Shown here one piece after another: positions 38,074-48,049 of a stretch of 64,000 nt of DNA. How positions within the stretch are numbered: the stretch's first letter is position 1; each line of letters begins with the position of its first letter. The DNA is taken from IMG/VR virus record IMGVR_UViG_3300034071_001657. One strand, 5' to 3'. A program made the position numbers and the translations under genes. This DNA comes from a virus. The notes beneath the pieces are model-generated. The model did not search any database, had not been told where the DNA came from, and worked only from the letters and a program-made list of their open reading frames with translations.

Positions 38074-38476
38074 GCTTTTTCTCCTTGGTGTTCACCCCAC
38101 CTTTTTCTAATTTATTTTTTATTAATTGTATTTGATCACCATTGAGAATTCTCAATATTTCTTTAGCTTTTCGTTTGCTACACTGATAATATTCAGTTAA
38201 TATATCGAGGTCCTCAATCTTCTCTTCCTTAAGCCATTTTGAGTATCTTTTCCTAGGCCTAAGTGTATTTAGTAAATAATTGAACTGAGGACTTCCATCA
38301 AGCGAGGCGCGTAGATTCATCTCATTGACGTAGAGAATTGAGTCAGGAAAGAAAGACAAGCCTCTATTTACAATAAAGGCATTGTATGATTTTTCAGCAA
38401 GATCGTCATTGTCTGTGCCGCGCATCAGGTTTTCTTTTGTCTCTGATGCTGCCCTTATGAAGTCAAAGGGATTCAT
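38045..38476 (-). CDS. gp62: Clamp loader small subunit (gp62)
   Basis: YNAFIVNRGLS...NEMN...RKRYSKW; gp44-gp62-regA synteny. Confidence 0.93.
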   Translation of the reverse strand: MNPFDFIRAASETKENLMRGTDNDDLAEKSYNAFIVNRGLSFFPDSILYVNEMNLRASLDGSPQFNYLLNTLRPRKRYSKWLKEEKIEDLDILTEYYQCSKRKAKEILRILNGDQIQLIKNKLEKGGVNTKEKKHDHKRGNIS

Positions 38477-39411
38477 TTGAATTCACATGCCGCCATCACT
38501 TCAGTCAGAAATGCGGCAAGATTGATTTCTTGGTCTGCTACGAAAGCCGCCTTGTACTGATAGTCGGCGAGCAACAGAACCATCTGAGGCACAGAGTTAG
38601 GCTGAAGAATATCGACGATGTTATTGTAGAAAGTACGAAACAGAGAAGTCGAATCGTTGTCAATGTTATCAGCCACCCATTTTCGCATCGTGGAAAAATC
38701 TTTGGCTTTCAGTGCAGAGACTAGAGACTGGAAGGATGCGTCCGACATATTGGCTAGAATGCCAGTGTCGATTTGACCAGTGGCTGCATATCGCTGAAGT
38801 TCATTCAATGTGCGGCGAAAGTCTGGAAAGTGTCGCATGATCAACTCAGGCAACACCTTAGACTCGAACTTTACATTTTCATTCTTTAGAATTGTCATCA
38901 CACGGCCAAAGAACTGTGTTGCAAGTTTCGGCCTGTCTGATTTATTAATCTTGAAATGAACAACAGAGCACCTGCTGTGCAAAGGTTCAATGATGCGATT
39001 CAGAAAATTACAAGTAAGAATGAAGCCGCAGTTAGCGGAGAATTCTTCCATGAAGTTACGCAATGCTGGCTGAGTGCTTTGCGGATTCAGATAGTCTGCT
39101 TCATCGAGGATGACATACTTACGTCCACCACTGAACGAAACAGTAGATGCGAACTGCTTGATTTCGTTGCGCAGTGTATCAATGTTGCCATTCATGCTAC
39201 CATTGATAATAATGTAAGTCGCACCAACTTCTTCAAGCATGGCCCTGGCAACAGTAGTCTTACCGATGCCTGGGCCGCCTGACAGAATCAGATTTGGAAT
39301 GTTTTTGTCATCGACAAACTTTTGAAAAGTTGATTTCAGTTCTTCAGGAAGAATAGTCTCCGCGATTGTTTTCGGTCGATAACGTTCGACCCATAGAAAG
39401 TCTTCGAGCAT
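38473..39411 (-). CDS. gp44: Clamp loader large subunit (gp44)
   Basis: LWVERYRP, GGPGIGKTT, ILDEAD, LHSRC. Confidence 0.97.
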   Translation of the reverse strand: MLEDFLWVERYRPKTIAETILPEELKSTFQKFVDDKNIPNLILSGGPGIGKTTVARAMLEEVGATYIIINGSMNGNIDTLRNEIKQFASTVSFSGGRKYVILDEADYLNPQSTQPALRNFMEEFSANCGFILTCNFLNRIIEPLHSRCSVVHFKINKSDRPKLATQFFGRVMTILKNENVKFESKVLPELIMRHFPDFRRTLNELQRYAATGQIDTGILANMSDASFQSLVSALKAKDFSTMRKWVADNIDNDSTSLFRTFYNNIVDILQPNSVPQMVLLLADYQYKAAFVADQEINLAAFLTEVMAACEFK

Positions 39412-39438
39412 AGTTCACTCCACACATAATAAAATACA

Positions 39439-39467
39439 ATGATAACTCAAATCGACAACGAAATCAA
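39439..39467 (-). promoter_or_regulatory. Sigma70-type promoter for gp44
   Basis: TTGATT-17 nt-TATCAT. Confidence 0.5.
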
Positions 39468-39745
39468 TTCTGCTCAGTCTTCGTTACCGTTTCATAGAGA
39501 GAACTAATATCGTCAAGTTCTTGTTGAACTTCTTGGAAGTTTTGCTTGTGATAGATTTTGGCAAGCTTGCGCATGTACTTCTTAGGAATCTTCTGATTGT
39601 CTTGCACAGTCTGAAGAATGTCTTTTACCAAATCTTTCTCTGCTTCGATTCGAGTATAACTCGAAGAGATTTCTTTGAGTGCATTCTCGATAGCCTTTCG
39701 ATCAGCACTGGAGGAGGGAACAATCACGTTTGTAGTTGCAGTCAT
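39464..39745 (-). CDS. dsDNA-binding protein, T4 DsbA-like
   Basis: EISSSYTRIEAE...RKLAKIYHKQNF pattern. Confidence 0.7.
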   Translation of the reverse strand: MTATTNVIVPSSSADRKAIENALKEISSSYTRIEAEKDLVKDILQTVQDNQKIPKKYMRKLAKIYHKQNFQEVQQELDDISSLYETVTKTEQN

Positions 39746-39761
39746 AATATATCCTTTTCAA

Positions 39762-40436
39762 TTACTCAACAAATTTAGAACCAGCTTCAGTTGCAATCCA
39801 ATATTGAATCTTGCCGTTTGCAGTTTTGAAATGTGCCACACCCTTAGATGAAATGGCAACGTCATAGTTCTCAGATAGCAATTTAAAGTTCTCAGTCACA
39901 AAGATCATATTGAATTCAGATTGAGTTTCACCAACATCAATCGAGAAAACGTCAGAGTCTTGATTCTTAACATCGATAGCAGCAATCGAGATTTTGCTGC
40001 GGTCGCCTCGAACGCAGACATTAGGCAAGCCCATCACACCAGCAAGCTTCAAAATCTGCGACAGAGTGGCTTGCGGGAGAGAAAAATTCACTTCGGCGTT
40101 TTCTACGTTCAAGTCTTTTTCTGGTGGCGCAATGATCAAAGATTCATCAGAGAGTCCGTAGTTGGTTACGGATGAATCTGACTTGATCTTTAGGCTCTTT
40201 GCGCCATCGTTAACAATGATGTTAGGGTCCTTAAGAGAACTGACAACAGCAAGAAAACGATTTAGATCATAGATGCAAATCGTGTTGTCAAAGCTTTCTG
40301 TAATCTCAACCTTAGCCAAAAGGTTCTGAAGCTTAGAAATTGTTCGAAGAGTGTTTCCATTACGAATGATGATTCCTGGATTGATTGATGCAAAATTTTT
40401 CAATACAGAAATCGTCGTTTCACTTAGTATCATCAT
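39762..40436 (-). CDS. gp45: Sliding clamp (gp45)
   Basis: LSETTISVLKNFASINPGI, IYDLNRFL, YWIATE. Confidence 0.95.
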   Translation of the reverse strand: MMILSETTISVLKNFASINPGIIIRNGNTLRTISKLQNLLAKVEITESFDNTICIYDLNRFLAVVSSLKDPNIIVNDGAKSLKIKSDSSVTNYGLSDESLIIAPPEKDLNVENAEVNFSLPQATLSQILKLAGVMGLPNVCVRGDRSKISIAAIDVKNQDSDVFSIDVGETQSEFNMIFVTENFKLLSENYDVAISSKGVAHFKTANGKIQYWIATEAGSKFVE

Positions 40437-40785
40437 TAATCTCCATGTTCCTCAAATTCGAGGGGTAGTATTTCTCAAACTCATTAAGCGGCAATTCCAT
40501 TTGATCCGTTTGATTTTCTTCATGTTCTAGGTCATGAACATACAACATTATAATCGCATAGTGAATAATTTTCAAGATGTCTTTACGATTATAGCCATTC
40601 TTCTTACCATACCTCTGAGCATACTTGATGACATTGCCTCTTGTGAAGCCAATGCCATCACCGTTGTCGATGATGAATTCAGTGGTTTGAATTCCATCAA
40701 GCCCATTTGCATAATGCTCAGTGTATGTTGAATCAATGTATGTCTTGAGTTCTTTTAGCAACTCATCTTCATTGTATTTGTACAT
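40420..40785 (-). CDS. DUF3310/SaV-like protein
   Basis: YIDSTY..HY...GF..GNVIKYAQRYGKK...DILKIIHY. Confidence 0.75.
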   Translation of the reverse strand: MYKYNEDELLKELKTYIDSTYTEHYANGLDGIQTTEFIIDNGDGIGFTRGNVIKYAQRYGKKNGYNRKDILKIIHYAIIMLYVHDLEHEENQTDQMELPLNEFEKYYPSNLRNMEINDDTK

Positions 40786-40792
40786 GTTCACC

Positions 40793-41632
40793 TCAACGCT
40801 TTGGAGAATCTTTGCTGGCAGTGGGCGATGCGCCAATGGTTGCAATTGCGGCTAGACTACCACCGAAGATATACGTGCCTGCATGTTTAAGCTTGACCCA
40901 AGGAAGCATCCAAACTTTAGAGCCAGACTTTCGAGCATATTGGCAGAACATATAGTCTTCTGACAAATAACGTTTTGAGTCTGGATCAATCACGCAGTCA
41001 AAGTATGCCATGATCTCTCGGCTACCATCAAATGCTTTAGTGCGAACGTGGTCTGGCTTATAGAGCCGTTCTGGATAGTCTCGGTCCATACGTTCGAATG
41101 CTTCACGTTTGATTAGCATGAAGCCAGTGCCACCCTCTTTTACTTCAACGGGTTCATCAACACGAAACTTTTGAATGCCATCAACGGGATTGAAAACATA
41201 GTCGCCAACAAACTCCTCAAGCAAAAGAGGATTTTTATCAGCATAGCCTTTGTCTACAGCAAGCTTGATTTTTTCCCATGAGATTGCTTTCTTTGGATAC
41301 GGACCGCAGATGATGTCCATGTTGTCATTGTTGATAGCATAGTGATGAAGAACCAAAACATCTTGGGCTTCAAAGTGGATATCGCTATCGATGAAAAGAA
41401 GGTGGTCATAATCACTTCGGAGAAATTCATCAGCAAGGTAGTTCCTCGCGCGTGTGATCAATGATTCATTAAACATAAAGAAAAGCTTGGCCTCAATACC
41501 ATACTTGGTACACATAGTCATGAGGTCTGCAATTGCTTTAGTGTAAGAGCCGTGACACATACCACCGTACATAGGTGTGGCAATAAAAAGCTTCTTGGTT
41601 CTCAGTTGTTCTAGGTTCAATTCAATTTCCAT
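40793..41632 (-). CDS. GT-A fold glycosyltransferase-like protein
   Basis: LFIATPMYGG, ESLITRARN, FIDSDI (DxD), GTGFMLI, LSEDYMFC. Confidence 0.8.
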   Translation of the reverse strand: MEIELNLEQLRTKKLFIATPMYGGMCHGSYTKAIADLMTMCTKYGIEAKLFFMFNESLITRARNYLADEFLRSDYDHLLFIDSDIHFEAQDVLVLHHYAINNDNMDIICGPYPKKAISWEKIKLAVDKGYADKNPLLLEEFVGDYVFNPVDGIQKFRVDEPVEVKEGGTGFMLIKREAFERMDRDYPERLYKPDHVRTKAFDGSREIMAYFDCVIDPDSKRYLSEDYMFCQYARKSGSKVWMLPWVKLKHAGTYIFGGSLAAIATIGASPTASKDSPKR

Positions 41633-41670
41633 AGTCACTCCATAAAAAAATACACTCTGATTATATATGC

Positions 41671-41695
41671 AAAAAGAGGCCTTTTTCAAGGCCTC
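41671..41695 (-). terminator. Rho-independent terminator after cobS
   Basis: GAGGCCTT-GAAA-AAGGCCTC-TTTTT. Confidence 0.8.
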
Positions 41696-41717
41696 ACTTT
41701 GATTTGTACCGCTCAGA

Positions 41718-42890
41718 TTAAGCGGCTTGCACTGCCTCTACTGGCGCAGGCTCAACCGCAGCCGGCTGGGCATCATTGTCAATCTTGGTGTAGAGGTCCA
41801 AGAAGGAAGTTTTTGTTTCGTTATCGAAGCGGTTGATACAGTATTGAATCGCATCAACTTTGTTTCCGAAGATTGCGAAAGCTTCAGCAATATGCACAAG
41901 ACGGCGAGTGGAGATCAACTCATCAATCGCACCCTCTTCAAAGGTCTTGCGAATAATGTCTGCCCACTTGACAAGGTTCTCGGCAAACGCATCGTCATTC
42001 AAACCAAGACTATCGAAAACTTTTTTCATAATCTTGATTTCGACTTTAGTGTCGGGATACTCTTGCTCAACGGTGATCGGAAACCGCTCAAGGAAAGCAT
42101 CATCGAGAATCGTGGCAGCCATGTAGCGACCAGTATCGTCGCCTTTGCCTTTGGTGTTCGCAGTAGCGACAACCGTGAAGCCGTTTGCCTTTTCGACAAA
42201 CTCACCCGTTTTCTTGATGAGAATGCCTTTTCCTTCAAGGACGCCTTGCAAGCAAATTAGTTTGTTAGAACCGCGGTCAATCTCATCGAGAACCAAAACA
42301 GAACCACGCTTCATGGCCTGAATGACAGGGCCATCAAACCATTTCGTTTCACCATCAATCAGGCGAAAGCCACCGATCAAATCATCTTCATCGGTTTCGG
42401 GAGAAATATTCACTCGCAAGAATTCACGTTTGGATTGCGCACAAGCTTGCTCAACCATGAAGGTCTTGCCGTTGCCAGAGAGGCCTGAAACGAACACGGG
42501 ATAGAATCGATTGCTGGCAATGATCGATTTCATCTTATCGAAGAATCCAAAGGGAACATAGAGGCTGTTCACTTTGGGAATAATCGCACCCTCTTCAACA
42601 CGACCGACTGAAGAAATTTTGGCAAGCGGCTTTGCTACCACAGGAGCAGCCACAGGCGCAGGTTGTTTGGGAAGTTCTACCACGTTAGAAACACCAGAAA
42701 GGTTAATATTAAATTCATCGAGAGGCAGGCGGTACGTGCCGCGACCGACTCGATATTTATCAGACTCAATCCAGAAGTGCCGAGCAAAACCTTCATTGGT
42801 CATCGAAACCAACTGCTGGCGAGTTACAACGGAACCGAAACGTTTGGCGGCTTCGGTCAGAAAGGTCACTTTATCAGATTGGCTAAGCAT
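41718..42890 (-). CDS. cobS: CobS/MoxR-like AAA+ ATPase
   Basis: GLSGNGKT, LVLDEID, ATANTKGKG, AFLERF, ISTRRL. Confidence 0.9.
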   Translation of the reverse strand: MLSQSDKVTFLTEAAKRFGSVVTRQQLVSMTNEGFARHFWIESDKYRVGRGTYRLPLDEFNINLSGVSNVVELPKQPAPVAAPVVAKPLAKISSVGRVEEGAIIPKVNSLYVPFGFFDKMKSIIASNRFYPVFVSGLSGNGKTFMVEQACAQSKREFLRVNISPETDEDDLIGGFRLIDGETKWFDGPVIQAMKRGSVLVLDEIDRGSNKLICLQGVLEGKGILIKKTGEFVEKANGFTVVATANTKGKGDDTGRYMAATILDDAFLERFPITVEQEYPDTKVEIKIMKKVFDSLGLNDDAFAENLVKWADIIRKTFEEGAIDELISTRRLVHIAEAFAIFGNKVDAIQYCINRFDNETKTSFLDLYTKIDNDAQPAAVEPAPVEAVQAA

Positions 42891-42923
42891 CACAAAGTCC
42901 TTGAAAATCAACAGTACATAGGG

Positions 42924-42952
42924 AGAATAACACGATTTCGGCGGTGTGTCAA
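42924..42952 (-). promoter_or_regulatory. Sigma70-type early promoter
   Basis: TTGACA-17 nt-TATTCT. Confidence 0.55.
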
Positions 42953-45063
42953 GAGATTTTTTCGACTACTTTCGAGAGAAGAACCCGATTGATGACCCGA
43001 TTCTGGTTCATCTTGAGAAAAGCACCACGAAGACGGCGAGCATTGAACGAAGTGTTGTTTTCTCCCAACAGATCGTCCAGGTTCTCATCTTCAACTTCCA
43101 AATCCTTACCGCCAGGAATCAGGAAGTATTCATCGTAACCATAGTTTTTTACGCCATAGAACTTTTCTTCCTTGAATTTTTTGAAATTCTCTTCCATGAT
43201 ATCACAACCGAACAAGCCCATGGCATGATCAAAGTCGCGGCGTTTCTTTGGAAGAATATAGAAGCCGATGAGATTGCATCCAGTTCGATCCTTTAGAATG
43301 TTCAGAAGAACAGGAGTAACACCCTTCGATCCAATCATGTAACGTTTGTTCGTTTGCTTATCGAAAATATACGATGATTGACTGATGGTCGATTCAGACA
43401 AAGAATAAAAAGAACCACGCATGCACAACGAAGAGGAGTCCTCGCCGTCGGTCAAGAAAACTACGTTTACGATTTCAGTTTTGTATTCTTTTCGGAAAGA
43501 ATTCACAATACGGCTACTTGCGAAAATCGTATTGTTCAGAGGTGTGCCGCCAAGCCCCATAGCAGGGTTCAAATTCGACCGAAGCCGAGAGAACGCTAAA
43601 TGGCTAACCGAAGCCAAGTGCAACAGGTCATTTGCCATGGTTCGAAATTCTGAAATTTTCATCCGACTAGAGAAAAGGTTCAGAAGATTGAAATGGCTAT
43701 CCATCATCACCGAATTGGTTTCAAGGGAAGATTGAATACCATTGTCATGATGATTCCGCTCTTCAGAGTGGCGAAGATATTCGGTAGAGAATGCATAGAC
43801 CTCATACGGCACTTTGATTTTCTGACAGAAATAGATTAGTGACAATAACTGTTCGACGGTGCCGAGCAAATTATCACCCATTGAACCAGACCAGTCCAAG
43901 AACAAAACCAATCCGTGATTCTTGCCAGCAGGAATCGAACCGAACTTACGAAAGATATCGTCATTAAACTTGTAGGTATGAAGCTTGTTAGTGTCAAGCA
44001 CACCACTATCAGAAATCACCATGCGGCGAAGTTCGGCAGCCTTTTTGCGAAGTTCAAATTCTTTGACCATGTATAGAATAGAATTCTTGATTTTCTTTTC
44101 AAAGGCCATAATTTGACTTGGCGAATCCGCAACAATCTTCTTACCGATATCATTGAACACGGTACCGACAAGTTTTTTGAAGGGAACGATAAGCCGTTTC
44201 GGCTCGACACTTTGATCGGTAGCGAGATTGCCAACGCGAATAACTTTGTCAGATGACGCCATTTTCTCCAGGGATTCCTGAAGCTTTTGATCCGTTAGAG
44301 ACTTGATTTCATCACCATAGGCACCAACCTCATTCGGAGGTAAGGCATAATCAGCACCATCGTTTTCCGAATACTCATCATCAAAGTCTTCAGAATCATC
44401 GAAATCATCGAAATCAAAATCGTCACCGAAATCATCGTCGTTTTTGCCAGAGAGCCGTTCAGCCATTTGCTCGGCAAACTCTTGCATCTCTTCTTTTTTG
44501 TCTTCCATCTCTTGCTTGCAATACTCGAAAATTTCTTTGCTAACTCGAACAACATCATCGAAAGTATTGCAAGTTTCAACTTTGTCAACGAACGATTGTT
44601 CGGTGCTATCAAAGTCTAGACTGAGCATTGAGCCAATCTTGAAATGAAGATTGATTCGATCAATCAACAGAAGACCATCAAGGTTTTTGTTCTTCACGCC
44701 GAAGAAATCCATACGCATAAAGTCTTGATAACCTTTGCTGAAGGATCGCTTGAGGCCAGGGTAACGGTCTTTGATTTGCCGTTCGATACGGGCATCTTCG
44801 ACAACGTTTAGGAACGTGCCAAAGCCGCTTGGCATACCGTCTTGAACTGAGCCGTATTCAACAGGCGTAAAGATAGCATGGCCAACCTCATGACCGATAA
44901 AGAGGTCATGCATATCGTTGGTCATATCGTTAATGACTGGAAGAGTCAACGTGCGAGTTCCAACGTGAAAACTCGCGGTCGGAGTTTTTACATACTGAAC
45001 ATTGATGTTCTCGGTAGCCAGAAGCCTAGCGAGATTTGACTTAGAAATTTGATTGTTTTGCAT
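42949..45063 (-). CDS. CobT-like metallopeptidase plus VWA domain protein (partner of the AAA ATPase)
   Basis: HEVGH zincin motif, NVVEDARIE, MIDAS DWSGSM, GGTPL, LTDGE. Confidence 0.88.
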   Translation of the reverse strand: MQNNQISKSNLARLLATENINVQYVKTPTASFHVGTRTLTLPVINDMTNDMHDLFIGHEVGHAIFTPVEYGSVQDGMPSGFGTFLNVVEDARIERQIKDRYPGLKRSFSKGYQDFMRMDFFGVKNKNLDGLLLIDRINLHFKIGSMLSLDFDSTEQSFVDKVETCNTFDDVVRVSKEIFEYCKQEMEDKKEEMQEFAEQMAERLSGKNDDDFGDDFDFDDFDDSEDFDDEYSENDGADYALPPNEVGAYGDEIKSLTDQKLQESLEKMASSDKVIRVGNLATDQSVEPKRLIVPFKKLVGTVFNDIGKKIVADSPSQIMAFEKKIKNSILYMVKEFELRKKAAELRRMVISDSGVLDTNKLHTYKFNDDIFRKFGSIPAGKNHGLVLFLDWSGSMGDNLLGTVEQLLSLIYFCQKIKVPYEVYAFSTEYLRHSEERNHHDNGIQSSLETNSVMMDSHFNLLNLFSSRMKISEFRTMANDLLHLASVSHLAFSRLRSNLNPAMGLGGTPLNNTIFASSRIVNSFRKEYKTEIVNVVFLTDGEDSSSLCMRGSFYSLSESTISQSSYIFDKQTNKRYMIGSKGVTPVLLNILKDRTGCNLIGFYILPKKRRDFDHAMGLFGCDIMEENFKKFKEEKFYGVKNYGYDEYFLIPGGKDLEVEDENLDDLLGENNTSFNARRLRGAFLKMNQNRVINRVLLSKVVEKIS

Positions 45064-45087
45064 AACTTTCTCTCTCAGTATGTATGT

Positions 45088-45116
45088 ATCATAGCATGCT
45101 GGGATCGATATGTCAA
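45088..45116 (-). promoter_or_regulatory. Sigma70-type early promoter
   Basis: TTGACA-17 nt-TATGAT with TG extension. Confidence 0.75.
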
Positions 45117-45772
45117 GCCGCGGCTGTTGCAAATTTACAACAGTTTTTCATCAGAGTGTTCATCTCGATATCGGTATCCGATTCAGCAAGGCGCGTGGCA
45201 GTGGGAACGTCAATCTTGGGATCGACAACCTCACAGTTCCGTGCCCAAACCCAAACAATATTTTTGTGAGTAGGATACTGCTTGCCGTTTCGTGCGGTGT
45301 AGGTAGTCATCTCATCATCGAGTGCAATGCCGAATTTCATCTCAAGATTGGAGCGCCATCCCGTAGTGTAGGGGCGTTCAATTGCAACCACGACCTTGCC
45401 TACAGTGCCTTTGGCAGTGCGCCCAGAAACAACCTTGACAACAGAACCTTTCTCGGCAATCTTGGAGTTCTGAATCGCTCGATTCATACGGTGTTCGAAG
45501 TGTCGATTGTAAACAGCCTGCCGAATATCAGCAGCCAGGCTTTCAATATCACCGTCGATAGTATACTCAACATCATCATCGAGCCACACGGACTTGATGG
45601 TTTTGCTTTCTGCATCCCAGTAGTAGGCGCTTGTGATCCACTCCCAAACGTCAGACATTACACGCTCAGAGTTACCCTGAGTGTACAGAGTAGTGCCGAC
45701 ACCAACCACTTTGGTTTCGCGGATCGGACCCAGATTGGCATCGTAACCAACAGTGCGAGTGAACTTGATCAT
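45113..45772 (-). CDS. Hypothetical early protein (KOW/SH3-like segment)
   Basis: Follows a strong sigma70 promoter; KGSVVKVVSGR..KGTVGKV. Confidence 0.65.
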   Translation of the reverse strand: MIKFTRTVGYDANLGPIRETKVVGVGTTLYTQGNSERVMSDVWEWITSAYYWDAESKTIKSVWLDDDVEYTIDGDIESLAADIRQAVYNRHFEHRMNRAIQNSKIAEKGSVVKVVSGRTAKGTVGKVVVAIERPYTTGWRSNLEMKFGIALDDEMTTYTARNGKQYPTHKNIVWVWARNCEVVDPKIDVPTATRLAESDTDIEMNTLMKNCCKFATAAA

Positions 45773-45802
45773 TTCAAAGCCTTTTTAATCTCAACAGAAT
45801 CT

Positions 45803-45830
45803 ATTCTACTCTGATTGCAGGATTTGTCAA
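45803..45830 (-). promoter_or_regulatory. Sigma70-type early promoter
   Basis: TTGACA-16 nt-TAGAAT. Confidence 0.65.
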
Positions 45831-45880
45831 GCACTATCGAAACTGTTGTTAAAATACAACAGAATGTGTGGGGTAAAAAC

Positions 45881-45900
45881 TACTGTATTCGTATACAGTG
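45881..45900. promoter_or_regulatory. LexA (SOS) box-like palindrome
   Basis: TACTGTATTCGTATACAGTG = CTGT-N8-ACAG. Confidence 0.5.
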
Positions 45901-45903
45901 GTT

Positions 45904-46476
45904 TCAACTTTGGTTGACATGCCGATTGATAAAATCTTGATATTTTATTTTAGGTTTGATATCAATACCTTTACTTTCTAGATATTGTTGTGCTTTTTCT
46001 ATTCGTTTTGATTCTTCATATTCATTCATTACCTCATAGTAAGTACCAACTCCAATCTTAATATTTTTACAAATTTTTCTAATCGAATATCCTGCATCCC
46101 GCAATTCAATAATTTGTTTGCGTATTTTTTCTCCGTTTTCGCCAGTTATAGTGCTTGGTCTTCCCCAAGGTTTTCCATCCAATCTTTTTCTTTCAATACC
46201 TTCTTTAATTAATTCGCTACTATTAATTTTTTGAAAAGTAACTATACCATGCATAATTCTATGATGCCATGAACATAAAGTTATTGTCGAATGCTCACTA
46301 ATAAATCCCCTATCAAACAAAGCACTAAAGATTTCTTTTGGTGTACAATCTTTAATTTGTTTTGTATCATCATACTTAAAGTATTTTCTACTTTCTCTAG
46401 TATGAACTATTGGATCTATATGGTGTAAATGTAGATCGTCTTTTGATCCACATACTGCACAAAAATCTAGTTTCAT
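45904..46476 (-). CDS. HNH endonuclease with C-terminal resolvase-type HTH (free-standing homing endonuclease-like)
   Basis: CAVCG..DLHLHHI...TLCSWHH..MH; WGRP + YSIRKICK..KIGVGTYY HTH; visibly AT-rich; start MKLDF at 46476. Confidence 0.75.
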   Translation of the reverse strand: MKLDFCAVCGSKDDLHLHHIDPIVHTRESRKYFKYDDTKQIKDCTPKEIFSALFDRGFISEHSTITLCSWHHRIMHGIVTFQKINSSELIKEGIERKRLDGKPWGRPSTITGENGEKIRKQIIELRDAGYSIRKICKNIKIGVGTYYEVMNEYEESKRIEKAQQYLESKGIDIKPKIKYQDFINRHVNQS

Positions 46477-46492
46477 TATTTTATTTTCCAAA

Positions 46493-48049
46493 TTAAGGTT
46501 TATAGAATACGAAGATCGGCTCGTACTTGAGCCACATGCCGTTGACTTTGCAAAAGTTCTTGGCTTTGGGCAGACCAGTCTCAGAGTCCAATCGATTGCC
46601 GCCAGGCATCTGAGCCAAAGACATCTTGACCACACCTTTATACTGCATGCCTAACTCTTCAAGAATCTTTCGGCTGTCTTCTTCGAGAGGCAGCATATCT
46701 GCACCAAACTTTGCATCGGCAATATTCCACAGCAGATAACGATCATTGCGTAACCACTCAACCGCAGTCTTCAGTGTTGGACGTAGAAAGCCCTCGCGCC
46801 ATGCATCATAGCCAGTAAATTTTTTGTACGATTGTGTCGGGTCTTCACTATACGCCTCTTTTGCAAAGTAAGGCGGTGAAGTGAAGACCATATCTAGTTG
46901 TCCTTTGTATTCTTGGAATCGCTTGTCTTCTCCGATGACTTCGGAGCCCAATTGATATACATCGAAACTATGGGAATTCTTAAACAAAACTCCTGCGTTC
47001 TTGGAGGCATTATAGAAATTAGCCAAATCGGCATACTTAGTAGAATTATCATCAATAGTGTGATCGGTATTAGGATCAGTACCCACATAGTGAAGAGGAA
47101 CGCCAGTGCGAGCAGACATGGCACCGAGAATACGACCACCCCAACCACTAGAGGGATCGTATACCACAATTCGAGTTTGGTTTTTAATGTGTTTAGTAAA
47201 TTTTTCATAGAGGTACTTTGCAGTAAGTGGAGGAAAATTAACAGCGTACTGGCACCACGAAACGCGAAATGCTTTCAGCCCGAGAGGAAACAACTTCTGA
47301 CCATACTTGTACATGCGCAGGCGCAACTTCGTACTTGTTGGGTCTTTGATATTCTTCTTACAGTTTTCTGGAATACTCTCTACACTTGTAACTTCAAGAT
47401 ATTTTGCACCTTTCAAGTCTTCATTATAGCCAGTGTATTCATCGTCTTCATCACGGGATTCGATCCAGTAGTCATATCCATAGTTACGGATGTTGTTTGA
47501 TTCGAACCATTGTACAAATTCATCTCCAGTTTTAAACTTTCGCTTGTGGGTACCAATCTGCACCAGTTCACCGATTTTGATTGTGTTAGAGTAGTGATAA
47601 AAAGAATCGCGTTTGAAATGTCTCTTTGCATATTTAAGAGTCTTCTCTAAAAGATCATCACGGACAAAATGATCATAAATTGATAACCCGTCATCGTTCT
47701 TTGTGTAGTTGATTCGAGTCTTCATCATTGTGGGAAACCATTGATTGGCAGCATTGCCAACAACGCTTGTGTTGCGAACTACATCTTTTTCGCCTGTGAG
47801 TTCGTCGACCTGTTCAAATTCATGGACTGGAAACGAATGCATCTCTCGAAACTGTTTTCGAATCTCATCTTCATTCCACCCTACTCTAGGTGGTTGTCCT
47901 AGAACATCCCATGCGTAAACCACCGCCTTGCGTAGATCGATGAACCATTGTTTGAATTCATCGTCAGTCATCCATTGTACTTGTTCGAACGTCTTGTTCG
48001 TTTCGTGATTTAATAGCCAATCATTGCGTTCGTAAAAATGTTTAGTCAT
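46493..48049 (-). CDS. DNA amino-methyltransferase-like protein (N4C/N6A type)
   Basis: SAM-binding YDPSSGWGGR and catalytic FTSPPYF. Confidence 0.8.
   Translation of the reverse strand: MTKHFYERNDWLLNHETNKTFEQVQWMTDDEFKQWFIDLRKAVVYAWDVLGQPPRVGWNEDEIRKQFREMHSFPVHEFEQVDELTGEKDVVRNTSVVGNAANQWFPTMMKTRINYTKNDDGLSIYDHFVRDDLLEKTLKYAKRHFKRDSFYHYSNTIKIGELVQIGTHKRKFKTGDEFVQWFESNNIRNYGYDYWIESRDEDDEYTGYNEDLKGAKYLEVTSVESIPENCKKNIKDPTSTKLRLRMYKYGQKLFPLGLKAFRVSWCQYAVNFPPLTAKYLYEKFTKHIKNQTRIVVYDPSSGWGGRILGAMSARTGVPLHYVGTDPNTDHTIDDNSTKYADLANFYNASKNAGVLFKNSHSFDVYQLGSEVIGEDKRFQEYKGQLDMVFTSPPYFAKEAYSEDPTQSYKKFTGYDAWREGFLRPTLKTAVEWLRNDRYLLWNIADAKFGADMLPLEEDSRKILEELGMQYKGVVKMSLAQMPGGNRLDSETGLPKAKNFCKVNGMWLKYEPIFVFYKP

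Noticed and set aside
45110-45814. 234-aa plus-strand ORF
   Set aside because: Antisense shadow of the minus-strand gene 45113-45772, which has the promoter and SD; no recognisable motifs.
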